Below are positions 18,054 through 28,500 of a DNA stretch of 64,000 nucleotides, piece after piece; positions within the stretch are counted from its first letter, which is position 1, and each line of letters opens with the position of its first letter. This stretch comes from Clostridiales bacterium (lineage in GTDB: Bacteria > Bacillota > Desulfotomaculia > Desulfotomaculales > VENG01). A model generated the notes under the pieces. That model searched no databases, had not been told where the DNA came from, and worked only from the letters and a program-made list of their open reading frames with translations. Position numbers and translations under genes: made by a program. Location: assembly GCA_021736985.1 (NCBI GenBank), contig JAIPEW010000005.1:26413-90412 (forward strand), written 5' to 3'.

Positions 18054-20282
18054 TTGCATATTAGTAATAAAGATTATCTTTTAAAACTAATAAAAATTAA
18101 TCAAAATATGGGTTATAAAGTGTTTATTTTGTATTTCGATATTATAAAATTTCGTGAAATAGAACAGGTTTGTGGAAGTAGAGCAGCTGAAAAAATAATT
18201 AACTTAGTCAGGGAAAAGCTTGAAAATAAGATACCATTTGAAGAAAATGTAAATATTTTAAGAGTTAGCAATATATGGGGCGATGATTTCATTGTCGTGG
18301 GTGCTTGTAGTAGTAATTGTGATATAAGAAAGCTGCAAGAAATTGCACTAACCTCGCGGGTTAAAATATTAGACATGATAAACTCGGATGTCAGAGAAAT
18401 AAGTGGGCAGGAAATAGAACTGCATGTTGGGTACTCAGTTATGTCTTACAGTGATAGTTTTAATATGGGAAGTAAGTTGTATGCAGCAATCCGGGATGCC
18501 CAAAATGTGGCCAAGGGGAAGGTTGATCTTAGTGTAGCCGAGGTCTTTCCTGAATTTAAAGAAATAGTAGAGAAAGAACAATTAAATGTAGTGTATCAAC
18601 CCTTAGTATCTTTAAGTTCAGGAAGGATATTGGGTTGGGAATCGCTTGTACGTGGTCCTGATAATTCTGCTTATCGATCTCCTGCTGTGCTTTTTAAATT
18701 TGCCGAGCAAACAGATATGCTTTATGCAATAGAAAAAGTTTGTAGGAAAAAAGCTATAAAGGATTTTGGTGAGCTCGGGCCCGGGCAAAAAATTTTCGTA
18801 AATATACACCCTCGTACAATAAGCGACCCCAATTTTGTCAGCGGGGAAACTTTAAACCTGATAAAAGAATCGGAATTTCAACCAGAAAATATTGTATTTG
18901 AGATAACAGAAAGACATCATATTAAAGACTATGCGCTTTTTAATGAAACGCTATATCATTATCGAAAGCAGGGGTACCTGGTAGCTATAGATGATATGGG
19001 TGCTGGATTTTCATCACTTCAGTCTCTTGCTGAGATTAAGCCTGATTACATAAAAATTGATATGTCCCTGGTTCGTGATATTAATAATGACCGTGTAAAA
19101 AAATCGCTCATAGAAACTTTTACAGCTTTTGCCGAGAAAATTGACTGCCAGGTTATTGCTGAAGGCATTGAAACAGCGGAAGAATTAGAAACTCTGGCCA
19201 GTATAGGTGTACATTACGGGCAGGGTTTTTATCTTGCCAGGCCGTCTTTCCCTAAACCGTATATGAAAGGCAATGTAATAAATGAAATTTTAACAATAAA
19301 ATATGAACAGACCTGGGGGTATTCTTTGAAGGTAAAAGATATAGCCGAGGCTGCTTCAAAATGCGAAAAGAATATGCCGGTGAAAAAAGTCAAAGAATTA
19401 TTTGATGTTTATGAACCAATTAACGGGCTAGTAATTGTAGAAGATAATCGTCCCGCAGGTTTACTAATGTACCATAATCTTAACCAACTGCTTGGAAGCC
19501 AGTATGGTATTCCCCTGTATTTTGACCGTCCGGTAAGTGAAGTAATGGATAGAATGCCCTTGATTATTGATGAAAATACTACCGTAGAACAAATCTCACA
19601 GGTAGCCATGAACAGGGAAAGAAAAAAACTGTATGATTCAATAATAATAACCAGGGATGGAAACCTGGCAGGCGTAGTCTCTGTACAAAGACTTCTTGAT
19701 ACATTAACAAAGATGCAGCTGGAAATGGCTAGAGGAACTAATCCTTTAACAGGGTTTCCTGGCAATATAGCTATTGAACAAAAGTTTTACTATTTGAGCC
19801 GCCGGGGTTTTAATTTTGCAATTGTTTACGTAGATCTGGATAACTTTAAGGCCTATAATGATAGGTATGGTTTTGAAGATGGAGACCAGGTAATACTTTT
19901 TACAGCACGACTCCTTAAAAGTATTTTTAAGAAGTATGTTTCGCAGGGTTTTATTGGACATGTCGGGGGGGATGATTTCATATTAATGCTTGATGAAGAT
20001 AACGCTGATTATATTTGCGAAAAAATTAAGCGTTGTTTTGACCGGCTTATACCAGGTTATTACAATATAGAGGATCGTACTAATAATGCATATAAGGGGT
20101 ACAACCGTCATGGAGATGAAACATGGTACTCCATTATGTCAATATCTATGGCAATAATAGATTGCAGTAATTCTAAGTATAAAGATTTTAAAGTTGTTAG
20201 TCAAAAGGCTTTTGAATTAAAGTATTATGCAAAATCTATTGATAGAAGTGTTTATGTTAGAGACAGGCGCATATCAAGATAA
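18054..20282 (+). CDS. c-di-GMP signalling protein: degenerate GGDEF-like N-domain, EAL, CBS pair, C-terminal GGDEF-type domain (GGDDF)
   Basis: EAL domain features: QPLVSL..GWESLVRG, EITE, DDMGAGFSSL, KIDMSLV, EGIET, GQGF. C-terminal VDLDNFKAYND..GHVGGDDFILM. The N-terminal domain has WGDDFIVV. Confidence 0.8.
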   Translation: MHISNKDYLLKLIKINQNMGYKVFILYFDIIKFREIEQVCGSRAAEKIINLVREKLENKIPFEENVNILRVSNIWGDDFIVVGACSSNCDIRKLQEIALTSRVKILDMINSDVREISGQEIELHVGYSVMSYSDSFNMGSKLYAAIRDAQNVAKGKVDLSVAEVFPEFKEIVEKEQLNVVYQPLVSLSSGRILGWESLVRGPDNSAYRSPAVLFKFAEQTDMLYAIEKVCRKKAIKDFGELGPGQKIFVNIHPRTISDPNFVSGETLNLIKESEFQPENIVFEITERHHIKDYALFNETLYHYRKQGYLVAIDDMGAGFSSLQSLAEIKPDYIKIDMSLVRDINNDRVKKSLIETFTAFAEKIDCQVIAEGIETAEELETLASIGVHYGQGFYLARPSFPKPYMKGNVINEILTIKYEQTWGYSLKVKDIAEAASKCEKNMPVKKVKELFDVYEPINGLVIVEDNRPAGLLMYHNLNQLLGSQYGIPLYFDRPVSEVMDRMPLIIDENTTVEQISQVAMNRERKKLYDSIIITRDGNLAGVVSVQRLLDTLTKMQLEMARGTNPLTGFPGNIAIEQKFYYLSRRGFNFAIVYVDLDNFKAYNDRYGFEDGDQVILFTARLLKSIFKKYVSQGFIGHVGGDDFILMLDEDNADYICEKIKRCFDRLIPGYYNIEDRTNNAYKGYNRHGDETWYSIMSISMAIIDCSNSKYKDFKVVSQKAFELKYYAKSIDRSVYVRDRRISR

Positions 20283-20318
20283 GATGTTTAAAAATTTTAT
20301 CTCCCGGGGGTTAACTAA

Positions 20319-21875
20319 TTGAAAATAGGACAAAAAATATACTTTATCATATTTATAATCCTATTAATTACCTGCGTGTCTTATGGTGTTATGTATTTAC
20401 AAGTAGAAAGTTTAAAAGATAATATGAATGAGACGTTTAGTACTTCTAAAAAAAACATGGAAGTTATGAAGTTGCAATCTAATTACTGGACATCTATCGA
20501 TACTTTAAAAGATTTTTTAATCACAGCAGACGAACTAAAATATGATGCTTTCGGTGAAATTTCTTACAAGTCTATAACGCAGGAAGAAAAGTTAATTAAA
20601 CTAACTAAGAATAAGGAAGCCAGGGAACATTTAAAAAAATTGCAGTCGCTGCACATATCTTTTACTAAACTTGTTAACGAAAAAATGGTTCCACTGGTGA
20701 GAACGGGCGAAAGTGTAAAAGCCCTTAATTTGTATAGTAAGGAAATAAAACCCAAGGCCTTGCAATCTATGGAAGAATTAAAAACATATTTAGATCTGCA
20801 CAAGAAGGAAATGGAAAAAATTAATGATGTATCAGCCAAGAAGGCTAACCTGGTCAAAAACTTAACTATTATTATAGGGATAATTATTATTTTACTCGGG
20901 ATTCTCATAAGTGTGTCAGCATCAAGAGCTATTATCAGGCCGTTAAAGAGGTTATCAACAGAAGTTAAATTAGTAGCAGGAGGTGATTTAACCAAGAAAA
21001 TTAATTTGAAATCAAAAGATGAGCTAGGGGATCTCGCTGCGGCTTTTAATGAAATGATTGACAATTTCAAACAAATACTTGGAAGCATCAAGGATTATTC
21101 TTTGAATCTTTCAACCCAAAGTGAGGAAATGTTTTCTGCTACAGGACAGGTTAGTTCTAATATGAGTAAAATTACCAGTAATGCAAATGATGTAACTACA
21201 GCGGTACAACAAACATCTCAAAATGCCCAGGATGCAGCTGACAAATCGCAGGAGATGTACAGCAGTGCTGAATATGGTGGACAGGCAGTTGATGAAACAG
21301 TACAAAAGATAAGAGATATAGATACTGCTTCACATGATGTAGCTGACAAGCTTCATGAAATGGAAGATAAGCTGACTAAAGTAAATGAAATAACGGATAC
21401 AATTACAGGTATAGCTGAGCAAACAAATTTACTAGCTTTAAATGCAGCAGTAGAAGCAGCAAGAGCGGGAGAACATGGAAAAAGTTTTGCTGTCGTAGCA
21501 GATGAAGTACGCAGTTTAGCCGAGCAATCGGCAGAAGCAGTAAAAGGAGTAGAATCTATAATAACAGAAATACGGCAAGGCATGTTTGCCTTAAATAACA
21601 GTATGAAAGCAAGTACAGAAATAGTTAAGCAGGGTGTATCTACTGCAGAAGATGCTGGCAAAACAATTAACGATATTGTTTGCTTGATTAAGGAGAATGT
21701 TTCCTTAATATATGAAATATCACAAATGGCTCAGAAAAGCAGTTCTTCAATAGAAAATCTAGCGTCATCTTCAGAACACATTAATTCAACTATGCAGCAA
21801 GTTACTACTTTTTCAAAGGAACTTGCCCGGATGTCAGAGGAGTTAAGCAGGTTAACCACGCGCTTCAAGTTGTAG
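20319..21875 (+). CDS. methyl-accepting chemotaxis protein
   Basis: Two TM helices, a HAMP domain ([13 protein letters not shown]) and the conserved MCP hairpin [35 protein letters not shown]. Confidence 0.9.
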   Translation: MKIGQKIYFIIFIILLITCVSYGVMYLQVESLKDNMNETFSTSKKNMEVMKLQSNYWTSIDTLKDFLITADELKYDAFGEISYKSITQEEKLIKLTKNKEAREHLKKLQSLHISFTKLVNEKMVPLVRTGESVKALNLYSKEIKPKALQSMEELKTYLDLHKKEMEKINDVSAKKANLVKNLTIIIGIIIILLGILISVSASRAIIRPLKRLSTEVKLVAGGDLTKKINLKSKDELGDLAAAFNEMIDNFKQILGSIKDYSLNLSTQSEEMFSATGQVSSNMSKITSNANDVTTAVQQTSQNAQDAADKSQEMYSSAEYGGQAVDETVQKIRDIDTASHDVADKLHEMEDKLTKVNEITDTITGIAEQTNLLALNAAVEAARAGEHGKSFAVVADEVRSLAEQSAEAVKGVESIITEIRQGMFALNNSMKASTEIVKQGVSTAEDAGKTINDIVCLIKENVSLIYEISQMAQKSSSSIENLASSSEHINSTMQQVTTFSKELARMSEELSRLTTRFKL

Positions 21876-22004
21876 AACAAGTTGTTAAAATAATGTTTAA
21901 TTTTCCTTAACAAATTTTACTTTAGTTTCAATCTGCTTTTATAAATATTTGCTATATTCTAAGTCGAACAATTTTTTACTAAATTTTTATGAAGGAGAGA
22001 TAGC

Positions 22005-22895
22005 ATGTTCAGACCCTTGTCTAAGTTAGCATTAGTATTTGCTGTTGTGTTTTTGCTGGCAGGTTTAGTAGCCGGCTGCGGCGGTAACTCCGATTCCGGT
22101 CAAGAGCAAAGTGCTGATCAGAATGATGGTAAAGAAGAGTTAAGCGGTACATTACAGGTTAACGGTTCTACTACTGTAACCCCTGTTGCTCAAGCCTGGG
22201 CAGAAAAGTTTCATCAGAAGCATTCTGGCGTAGAAGTAGTTGTTAGTGGTACAGGTTCTGGTAATGGTATAGCAGCTCTTATCAACGGTACTACAGATAT
22301 TGCTATGGCATCCCGCAAAATGAAAGAAAAAGAAGAAGCTAAGTTTGATGGCACACCTAAGTGCCACGTAGTCGGTCGCGACGGAGTTGCTATTGTTGTA
22401 CATCCTGGTAATTCTGTAGAGTCTTTAACTATGGAAGAAGCAAAAGCTGTATTTACTGGTGAAGTTACTAACTGGAAGGAAGTTGGCGGAGCAGATCAAG
22501 AAATCACTGTTTACACCAGGGATACAAGCTCCGGTACTTACGGATTTGTTAAAGAAAAAGTATTAGAAGATGAAAATTTTGCTAAAGCTGCACGTAAAAC
22601 TGCATCCAACGCTTCCATGGCAAAAACTATAGCACAAGAAGAATCCTCCATTGGCTATTGCGGTCTTGCATTTGTTGATGACAGCCTCAAAGCTGTTAGT
22701 ATCAGCGCAGATGGTGCCGATCCTGTTAAGCCCAGCTTTGAAACTGCAGCGTCCGGAGACTACCCCGTTGTGCGTGACTTAAACATGTATACTATCGGTG
22801 AAGCTGAAGGTTTAGCAAAAGCATTCTTTGATTACGGATTCAGTGAAGAAGGTCAGGCAATAGTTAAAGAAATTGGTTACCTGCCTGTTAAGTAA
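22005..22895 (+). CDS. pstS: phosphate ABC transporter substrate-binding lipoprotein PstS
   Basis: Lipobox LAGLVAGCGG, with GSTTV and SGTGSG motifs. Confidence 0.85.
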   Translation: MFRPLSKLALVFAVVFLLAGLVAGCGGNSDSGQEQSADQNDGKEELSGTLQVNGSTTVTPVAQAWAEKFHQKHSGVEVVVSGTGSGNGIAALINGTTDIAMASRKMKEKEEAKFDGTPKCHVVGRDGVAIVVHPGNSVESLTMEEAKAVFTGEVTNWKEVGGADQEITVYTRDTSSGTYGFVKEKVLEDENFAKAARKTASNASMAKTIAQEESSIGYCGLAFVDDSLKAVSISADGADPVKPSFETAASGDYPVVRDLNMYTIGEAEGLAKAFFDYGFSEEGQAIVKEIGYLPVK

Positions 22896-22946
22896 TAAAC
22901 TTAAAAATTTATAAATAGAAAGTGCGAGTGAAATACTCATAATTCT

Positions 22947-22972
22947 GCGGTCCTTAACGGGGCCGCTTTTTT
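22947..22972 (+). terminator. intrinsic terminator after pstS
   Basis: gcggtccttaacggggccgc followed by tttttt. Confidence 0.7.
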
Positions 22973-23357
22973 ATTTAAAATATCTTCTTAAAAAACTCTG
23001 CTAATTATATTAAGCTAAAGTTATAATGTGATGTTCAGGAAGAAATTACATGTACTGTTTAAAAATAATGCTCCAGGTACGTATACGCTTATAATAGCAG
23101 TCTTATAAAAGAAGGGAATGTATTAACCTGGTCAGAAGGCCGTTAGATATTGCAAGTTATTATATTATTAGTAAACCAATTTAAAAATCTCAGGAATTTA
23201 TATTTAAATTTATATTAAATTAAAATATGTTTATTTTTTTTTAATAATCAGTTTATAAATAAATGGTAAATTTATTATAAATAAAAGGTTTCTAGTATTT
23301 TTTTGTTAAGTAGAATTGCTGCAGCTTAGTTTAAAATTATATACAGAGGTGTAAATA

Positions 23358-23555
23358 ATGTCTTTAGCTAAAAAGAAGTCAAATACAAGTAATAAAAATT
23401 CTAAGCCTCGGAAAGTTAATGCTAATAATAAGCAATCTTGCAGCTTATCTAATCAGTTTGAAAATCCTATTATTCATGTGGATATAAAACAGCAAAAAGT
23501 ATTAGTTAATAGATTATGTGAAGTATGGACTCATGAACGTATGGATATAATTTAA
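23358..23555 (+). CDS. small basic hypothetical protein (65 aa)
   Basis: AGAGGTG SD 6 nt upstream of the ATG, its own terminator at 23619-23645, and a Lys/Asn-rich N-terminus. No motif recognised. Confidence 0.5.
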   Translation: MSLAKKKSNTSNKNSKPRKVNANNKQSCSLSNQFENPIIHVDIKQQKVLVNRLCEVWTHERMDII

Positions 23556-23618
23556 ATTTATAATATATTATAATTTACTTTCCTGATCCCTGATTGAACA
23601 ACTAACCCCAATTCTTTT

Positions 23619-23645
23619 AACGCTTTCAAAAGCGTTATTTTTTTG
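23619..23645 (+). terminator. intrinsic terminator after the 65-aa gene
   Basis: aacgctt-tcaa-aagcgtt followed by a T-run. Confidence 0.65.
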
Positions 23646-23658
23646 TTATATGAACAAT

Positions 23659-23692
23659 AAAAAAAACTGTCCTATTTGTAAATAGAACAGTT
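23659..23692 (-). terminator. intrinsic terminator after the 242-aa gene
   Basis: Minus strand: actgttctattt-ac-aaataggacagt followed by T8. Confidence 0.7.
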
Positions 23693-23713
23693 CTAAATCT
23701 ATGCTCTCATATT

Positions 23714-24442
23714 TTATGCAGATTTGGTAATCCAATCACGATAGTCGTATAGAAAATCTGTTATTTTATTAGTGTAATAATTTTTAATCTCTATTTGTAT
23801 ATTATCCAGATATCCATTTAGGTATTTTAGTATATGAGTCTTGTGATACTTATTTAAGTTGTTGAAATAAAAGTTTTTACACAGCTTTTTCGATATTTCA
23901 GTTGTATCTAAAAGAAAATCAAAATAAAACGGCAAGCAGATATCCAAAACTACATCAATTGATTTGATACTTAAGTAGTTTAAAAAGCGATTTTTATTTT
24001 CAGCTTTATAAATAATGCTTATTTCATCATGTGATGGAAATACATGTACTAGCTGTGCGCTTCCTTGTAAGTTTAAAATTTCTTTTATCTGATTATAGTT
24101 TAAAAAGCTTATATTTTTGCTTATTGAGGAAGTTATTTTGTAATGCAATTCATTTAATTTTTTTGAAGACAACAGTTCTTTTATTACTTCATAATTATTT
24201 ATATTTTTTTTATTAAATATTTTTTCTAATACATAATTTAATTCTTTTTTTTGAATTTTAAAAAAGTTATCTACTTCGTTGCTAATAATGTTATGGCAAT
24301 TTTCTACTGTTCTATGTGTAGCTTCATCCAGCAAAAATTGGCTAAGACTATTACTAGTTAATATAGAAAGAAATAAATTGTATTTAATATTAGTGTTTAG
24401 CATATTAGTTAGTGTGTCGGGCAAAAAATTTCCTCCTAACAT
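23714..24442 (-). CDS. hypothetical protein (242 aa, N/K/I/Y-rich)
   Basis: A long ORF in extremely AT-rich DNA with its own terminator. No motif recognised. Confidence 0.5.
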   Translation of the reverse strand: MLGGNFLPDTLTNMLNTNIKYNLFLSILTSNSLSQFLLDEATHRTVENCHNIISNEVDNFFKIQKKELNYVLEKIFNKKNINNYEVIKELLSSKKLNELHYKITSSISKNISFLNYNQIKEILNLQGSAQLVHVFPSHDEISIIYKAENKNRFLNYLSIKSIDVVLDICLPFYFDFLLDTTEISKKLCKNFYFNNLNKYHKTHILKYLNGYLDNIQIEIKNYYTNKITDFLYDYRDWITKSA

Positions 24443-24599
24443 AAAAACTAGATGTATTTTATAATTAGCTTATTAATTTAATGTTGAATTTATTTAAATA
24501 AAATTAAAATTTTATGAAAAAATATTCCATAATTGTATAAAATATCTTTTAGTGTAATATAATACAGATTAAACATTTTTATTGTAAGGGGAAAGTTAG

Positions 24600-25226
24600 A
24601 TGATAAGAAGCCGATACAGGTATAATAATGTAGATAATCAAGCTTTGGAGAATGTACAAAAAGATATGTCTCGTGATATTGATGAATATAGTAAGATTCG
24701 TAAAGAAAGAAAAGGATGGCTTAAACAAAGGTCAGAAAAGCGACAGTATGTAAAGGATAGAAATGAACGATATAAACAAACAGAAAATTTACGTAATGAT
24801 GTGAAGCGAGAGCTGCGTGCTGTAGGTAATATAGAAAAACGAATAGGCAGGATTCGTTCCCCAGAAGTACAGGAAGTAGTTTATGATATTTTAAATCAGG
24901 CCAGGGAACGTGGGATGTCAGTAGATGAAGTTTTGCAAGCACTTCCTGACGGGGGAATAAAAGGACGTGTATCACCTGCGTCAAGAAGCAGTTTGTATTG
25001 GATTTTGGGGTCTTTATTATTATCTGCCCTGATATTTCCGTCAGCAAATCAAAATATGCGCAATTTTGCCGGGAAAGTTGCAGATGGAGCTTCTGATCTA
25101 TCTGATAAGCTGCAAGCTTTTGTAGAAGAAACCAGGGAAGGCCTGGAGGATATAATTGCAGAAGCTCATTTTAACAGGCTTAAAAAATCAATGGACAGTG
25201 GGGATGAAGGGGAACCACAGGCATAA
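24600..25226 (+). CDS. hypothetical protein: basic coiled-coil N-half, one TM helix, amphipathic acidic tail; paralogue of 30207-30569
   Basis: The C-half LYWILGSLLLSALIFP..LQAFVEETREGLEDIIAEAHF parallels GYLAAGTLIGAGIPFI..KLFEETREELQAIKAEAAE in the gene on the other side of the ATPase. Confidence 0.6.
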   Translation: MIRSRYRYNNVDNQALENVQKDMSRDIDEYSKIRKERKGWLKQRSEKRQYVKDRNERYKQTENLRNDVKRELRAVGNIEKRIGRIRSPEVQEVVYDILNQARERGMSVDEVLQALPDGGIKGRVSPASRSSLYWILGSLLLSALIFPSANQNMRNFAGKVADGASDLSDKLQAFVEETREGLEDIIAEAHFNRLKKSMDSGDEGEPQA

Positions 25227-25249
25227 AATAATTACAGGAGGATATTAGT

Positions 25250-25480
25250 ATGGCAGATATGGAAAGTATAAATAACAAGTTAGATCAAGCTTCACAACTG
25301 TTAAATGAAGCAGTGGATTTAAGCACAGAATTAAGAAAAGAAGGCCCCGGAAACAGTAAAGAAGTTTCTGCTGCATGGGAAAATTTTTTAAATAATTTTT
25401 TTTCATATATAAAAACAAAAAGTAAGGAAAGCGGCCAGAATTTAATGGCCGGTATATCCTGGAGAAAAATAAAACCATAA
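25250..25480 (+). CDS. hypothetical small protein (76 aa)
   Basis: AGGAGG 8 nt upstream of the ATG and a terminator immediately after. No motif recognised. Confidence 0.55.
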   Translation: MADMESINNKLDQASQLLNEAVDLSTELRKEGPGNSKEVSAAWENFLNNFFSYIKTKSKESGQNLMAGISWRKIKP

Positions 25481-25511
25481 AAAACAGCCTTTTATAAAAG
25501 GCTATTTTTTA
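25480..25511. terminator. bidirectional terminator shared by the 76-aa gene and the ATPase
   Basis: aaaaacagccttttataaaaggctatttttt. Confidence 0.75.
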
Positions 25512-28500
25512 TTTGTTTAGTATATCAAGTCCCTGGCTCATTATAGAACTGACAAAAACAACGCCCCATTGTGAGGGATCAAGTGAGCATGTCCCAAAAA
25601 TTCTTTGCCCGGCAGGTAAATGAATTGCTGAAAAGAGCAAACCTGCAGAAGATGCTACTGCACTTCCTACATATAAGTTTGATGATGTTTTGTTATCCTT
25701 ATTTTTGCGGCAATCAAGTACATGTAAAAGCTGACTTAGGGTAATTGAACTCAGCGTCATGCTGCGTGCAGTGGAAAGATTGTACCGGTTTAATCCCCAC
25801 ATGTATGCTCCGATTCCTGTAATTCCAATAGTAAGACCGCGGCTTATTATCTGGTTTCTTGTCTTTTTGTCTATAAAAGCTTCATCTTTATCCCTTGGTG
25901 GCTGTTTTATCAGGTCAGGAGGGAATTTGTCTATAGACAATGCTAAAGCAGGTAATCCATCTCCTAACATATTCAGCCACAGCAGTTGAATAGGAAGCAG
26001 TGGAAGCGGTAGGCCTCCTGCTACGGCAGTAAACATCAGGATAATTTCACCAACATTAGTAGCAAGAAGGTAGCGTATAGATTTCTTAATATTTTCATAA
26101 ATTCCACGTCCTTGTTCTACGGCAGTTACAGCTGTACCAAAATAATCATCTGTAATAATTATTTGTGCAGCTTGTTTTGTAACATCTGTACCGCTTTTAC
26201 CCATGGCAATTCCTATGTCTGCTTCTTTAACTGCTGGAGCATCATTTATTCCGTCGCCTATCATGCCAACAATATGCCCCTGTTGTTTAAAAGTATTTAT
26301 AATTAATACTTTTTGATTCGGATAAAGTCTTGCAAATACTCTTACTTTGTGAATAACATTTATTAAATCATTTTCATCCATTTCATCTATTTCTTTGCCT
26401 GTTAGCACTTCATTCGAACTATTTACCAGGCCTAATTCGCTTCCAATTGCAAATGCGGTTTGTTTATGATCTCCGGTAATCATGGCTACTCCTATTCCTG
26501 CCTGTTTACACTTGTTTAAGGCATGAGTAACTTCGGGCCTTGGAGGATCGGTCATACCTATCAGGCCTAGAAAGACTTGTTCTGTTTCTTCATTCTTTTC
26601 CACGTTATTTTCAAAGGCTTCCGGAAGTATTTTATATGCTACTCCGAGTACGCGCATGCCGCGTGTAGTCATGTAGTTGTTTGCTTCAACGATGGACTGG
26701 TAGTATTCATTGTCCAGTAAATTTTTATTGTTTTCAGCTCGATAGTGAGTACAGTTTTCTAATATAACTTCAGGAGCCCCTTTTGTAAAAGCTATATACT
26801 GGTTTTTAGGCCCCCTGCATATCTGCGTCATTTTGCATTTCTCAGAATCAAAAGGAATCTCTCTAACAGGCATGTATTCTTCATTCAAGTTATTTAAATT
26901 AATCCCTGCACGACCGGCTGCAGTAAGTATTGCACCTTCTGTTGGATCTCCTTTTACTTCCCATTCGTTATCGTTTTTAACAATTTTAGACGTACAGCAT
27001 TGTGCTGCAGCACAAAGGGTAAAGTATATATTATCCTGGTTGTGTATATCTTGACCGTTTGCAGGTTTAATAAAGCCATTTTCAGGGTTATATCCATCTC
27101 CTTCAATACTCCACCATTCATTTTGTCCACAGTAAACAAGTTTTATAGTCTGCTGATTTTGAGTCAGGGTACCCGTTTTATCAGTACAGATCATTGTAGC
27201 ACATCCCAGCGTCTCTACTGCCGGCAGTTTTCGTACAATTGTATTTGCTGAAGCCATTTTGTGTACGCCGGAAGCAAGGGCAAGAGTTACAATAGCCGGC
27301 AGTCCCTCGGGGATTGCAGCGACCGCTAGGCTTACCCCTGTTATAAGCATTTGCAGCAGTGATCCTCCGCGCATTAGTCCTGCAATAACAACAATGCCGC
27401 TAACAACGGTAGAACCCTTTAATATGGTTTTCCCAAGGTCTGCTAATCTTTTTTGCAGTGGGGTCGTTTCATTATCATTATTATTTAACATTTGTGCTAT
27501 ATGTCCGAGTTCTGTGTCCATACCCGTGCCAACTACAATTCCTTTTCCATGTCCCTTGGTAATTATGGTTCCCATAAAGGTAAGGTTATGGCAGTCCAAT
27601 AAATACATGCAGTTGTTTTCTGTAGAAATTTTCTTGGGTACGGGATAAGATTCCCCTGTTAAGGCAGATTCTTCTACTTCCAGTGCGTTTGATTCTATTA
27701 ACCTGGTGTCAGCAGGTACAATATTACCCTGTTCGATTATTATTATATCACCGGGTACTAATTCTACCGCGGGAATAGATTGTTCTCTGCCATCACGGAT
27801 TACAGCAGCAGTAGATGTTGTCATTTTCTTTAATGCAGATAAGGATCCTTCTGCCTTGTGTTCTTGTACAGCACTTAAGACGGCATTAATAATTACAATT
27901 GATATAATAGCCAGAGCATCACCTTTCTCGCCTAACAGCAGACACACAACGCTGGAGCCGACAAGTACATATATAAGGAAGTCTTTTAGCTGTGCTAATA
28001 CTCTACTAAAAAAACTTGGAGGGGGGGGTTCAGCTAACATGTTTTTGCCGTATAAAGTCAGGCGTGAATTCACTTCTTGTAGATCTAGTCCTGTTGAACC
28101 ACTGCTGTTTAATATATCTATTACTTTTTCCCTGGACATCATGGCCCATGGTTTCGTGTAAATACTTTCATCATTAGTATTATCAGAGGCAGCTGCATAT
28201 TGTTTTACGGCCAGGTTGTCGTAATACTTATGTGTATTATTGCTCAATTTCTTTAATAATTTTAAAGAATGTACTGTGATTAATATACTTGTAACATTAT
28301 TAAATAATCCAGCCCCTAAGGGGGAGATAAGGCTTGAGGCAGCCAGCGCCAGACCAAAGGAATTAAAACCGCCTGAAAGTGCAAAACTCTGGCGGGTTGT
28401 TTCCCCCACGTGAAAAGAGACTTTAAAGGCTGTTGGTAGATTTTTAATACCATTATCTACAATAATATCTGTTTTAGAATTGAGTTTAGATAATGTTTTT

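Noticed and set aside
28021-28028. A G8/C8 homopolymer inside the ATPase coding sequence (encoding PPPP, just after the module junction) could act as a slippage switch that would truncate the protein to the dead module.
   Set aside because: The frame is intact here, the tract simply encodes a proline run in a linker, and there is no evidence of variation. This is pure speculation.
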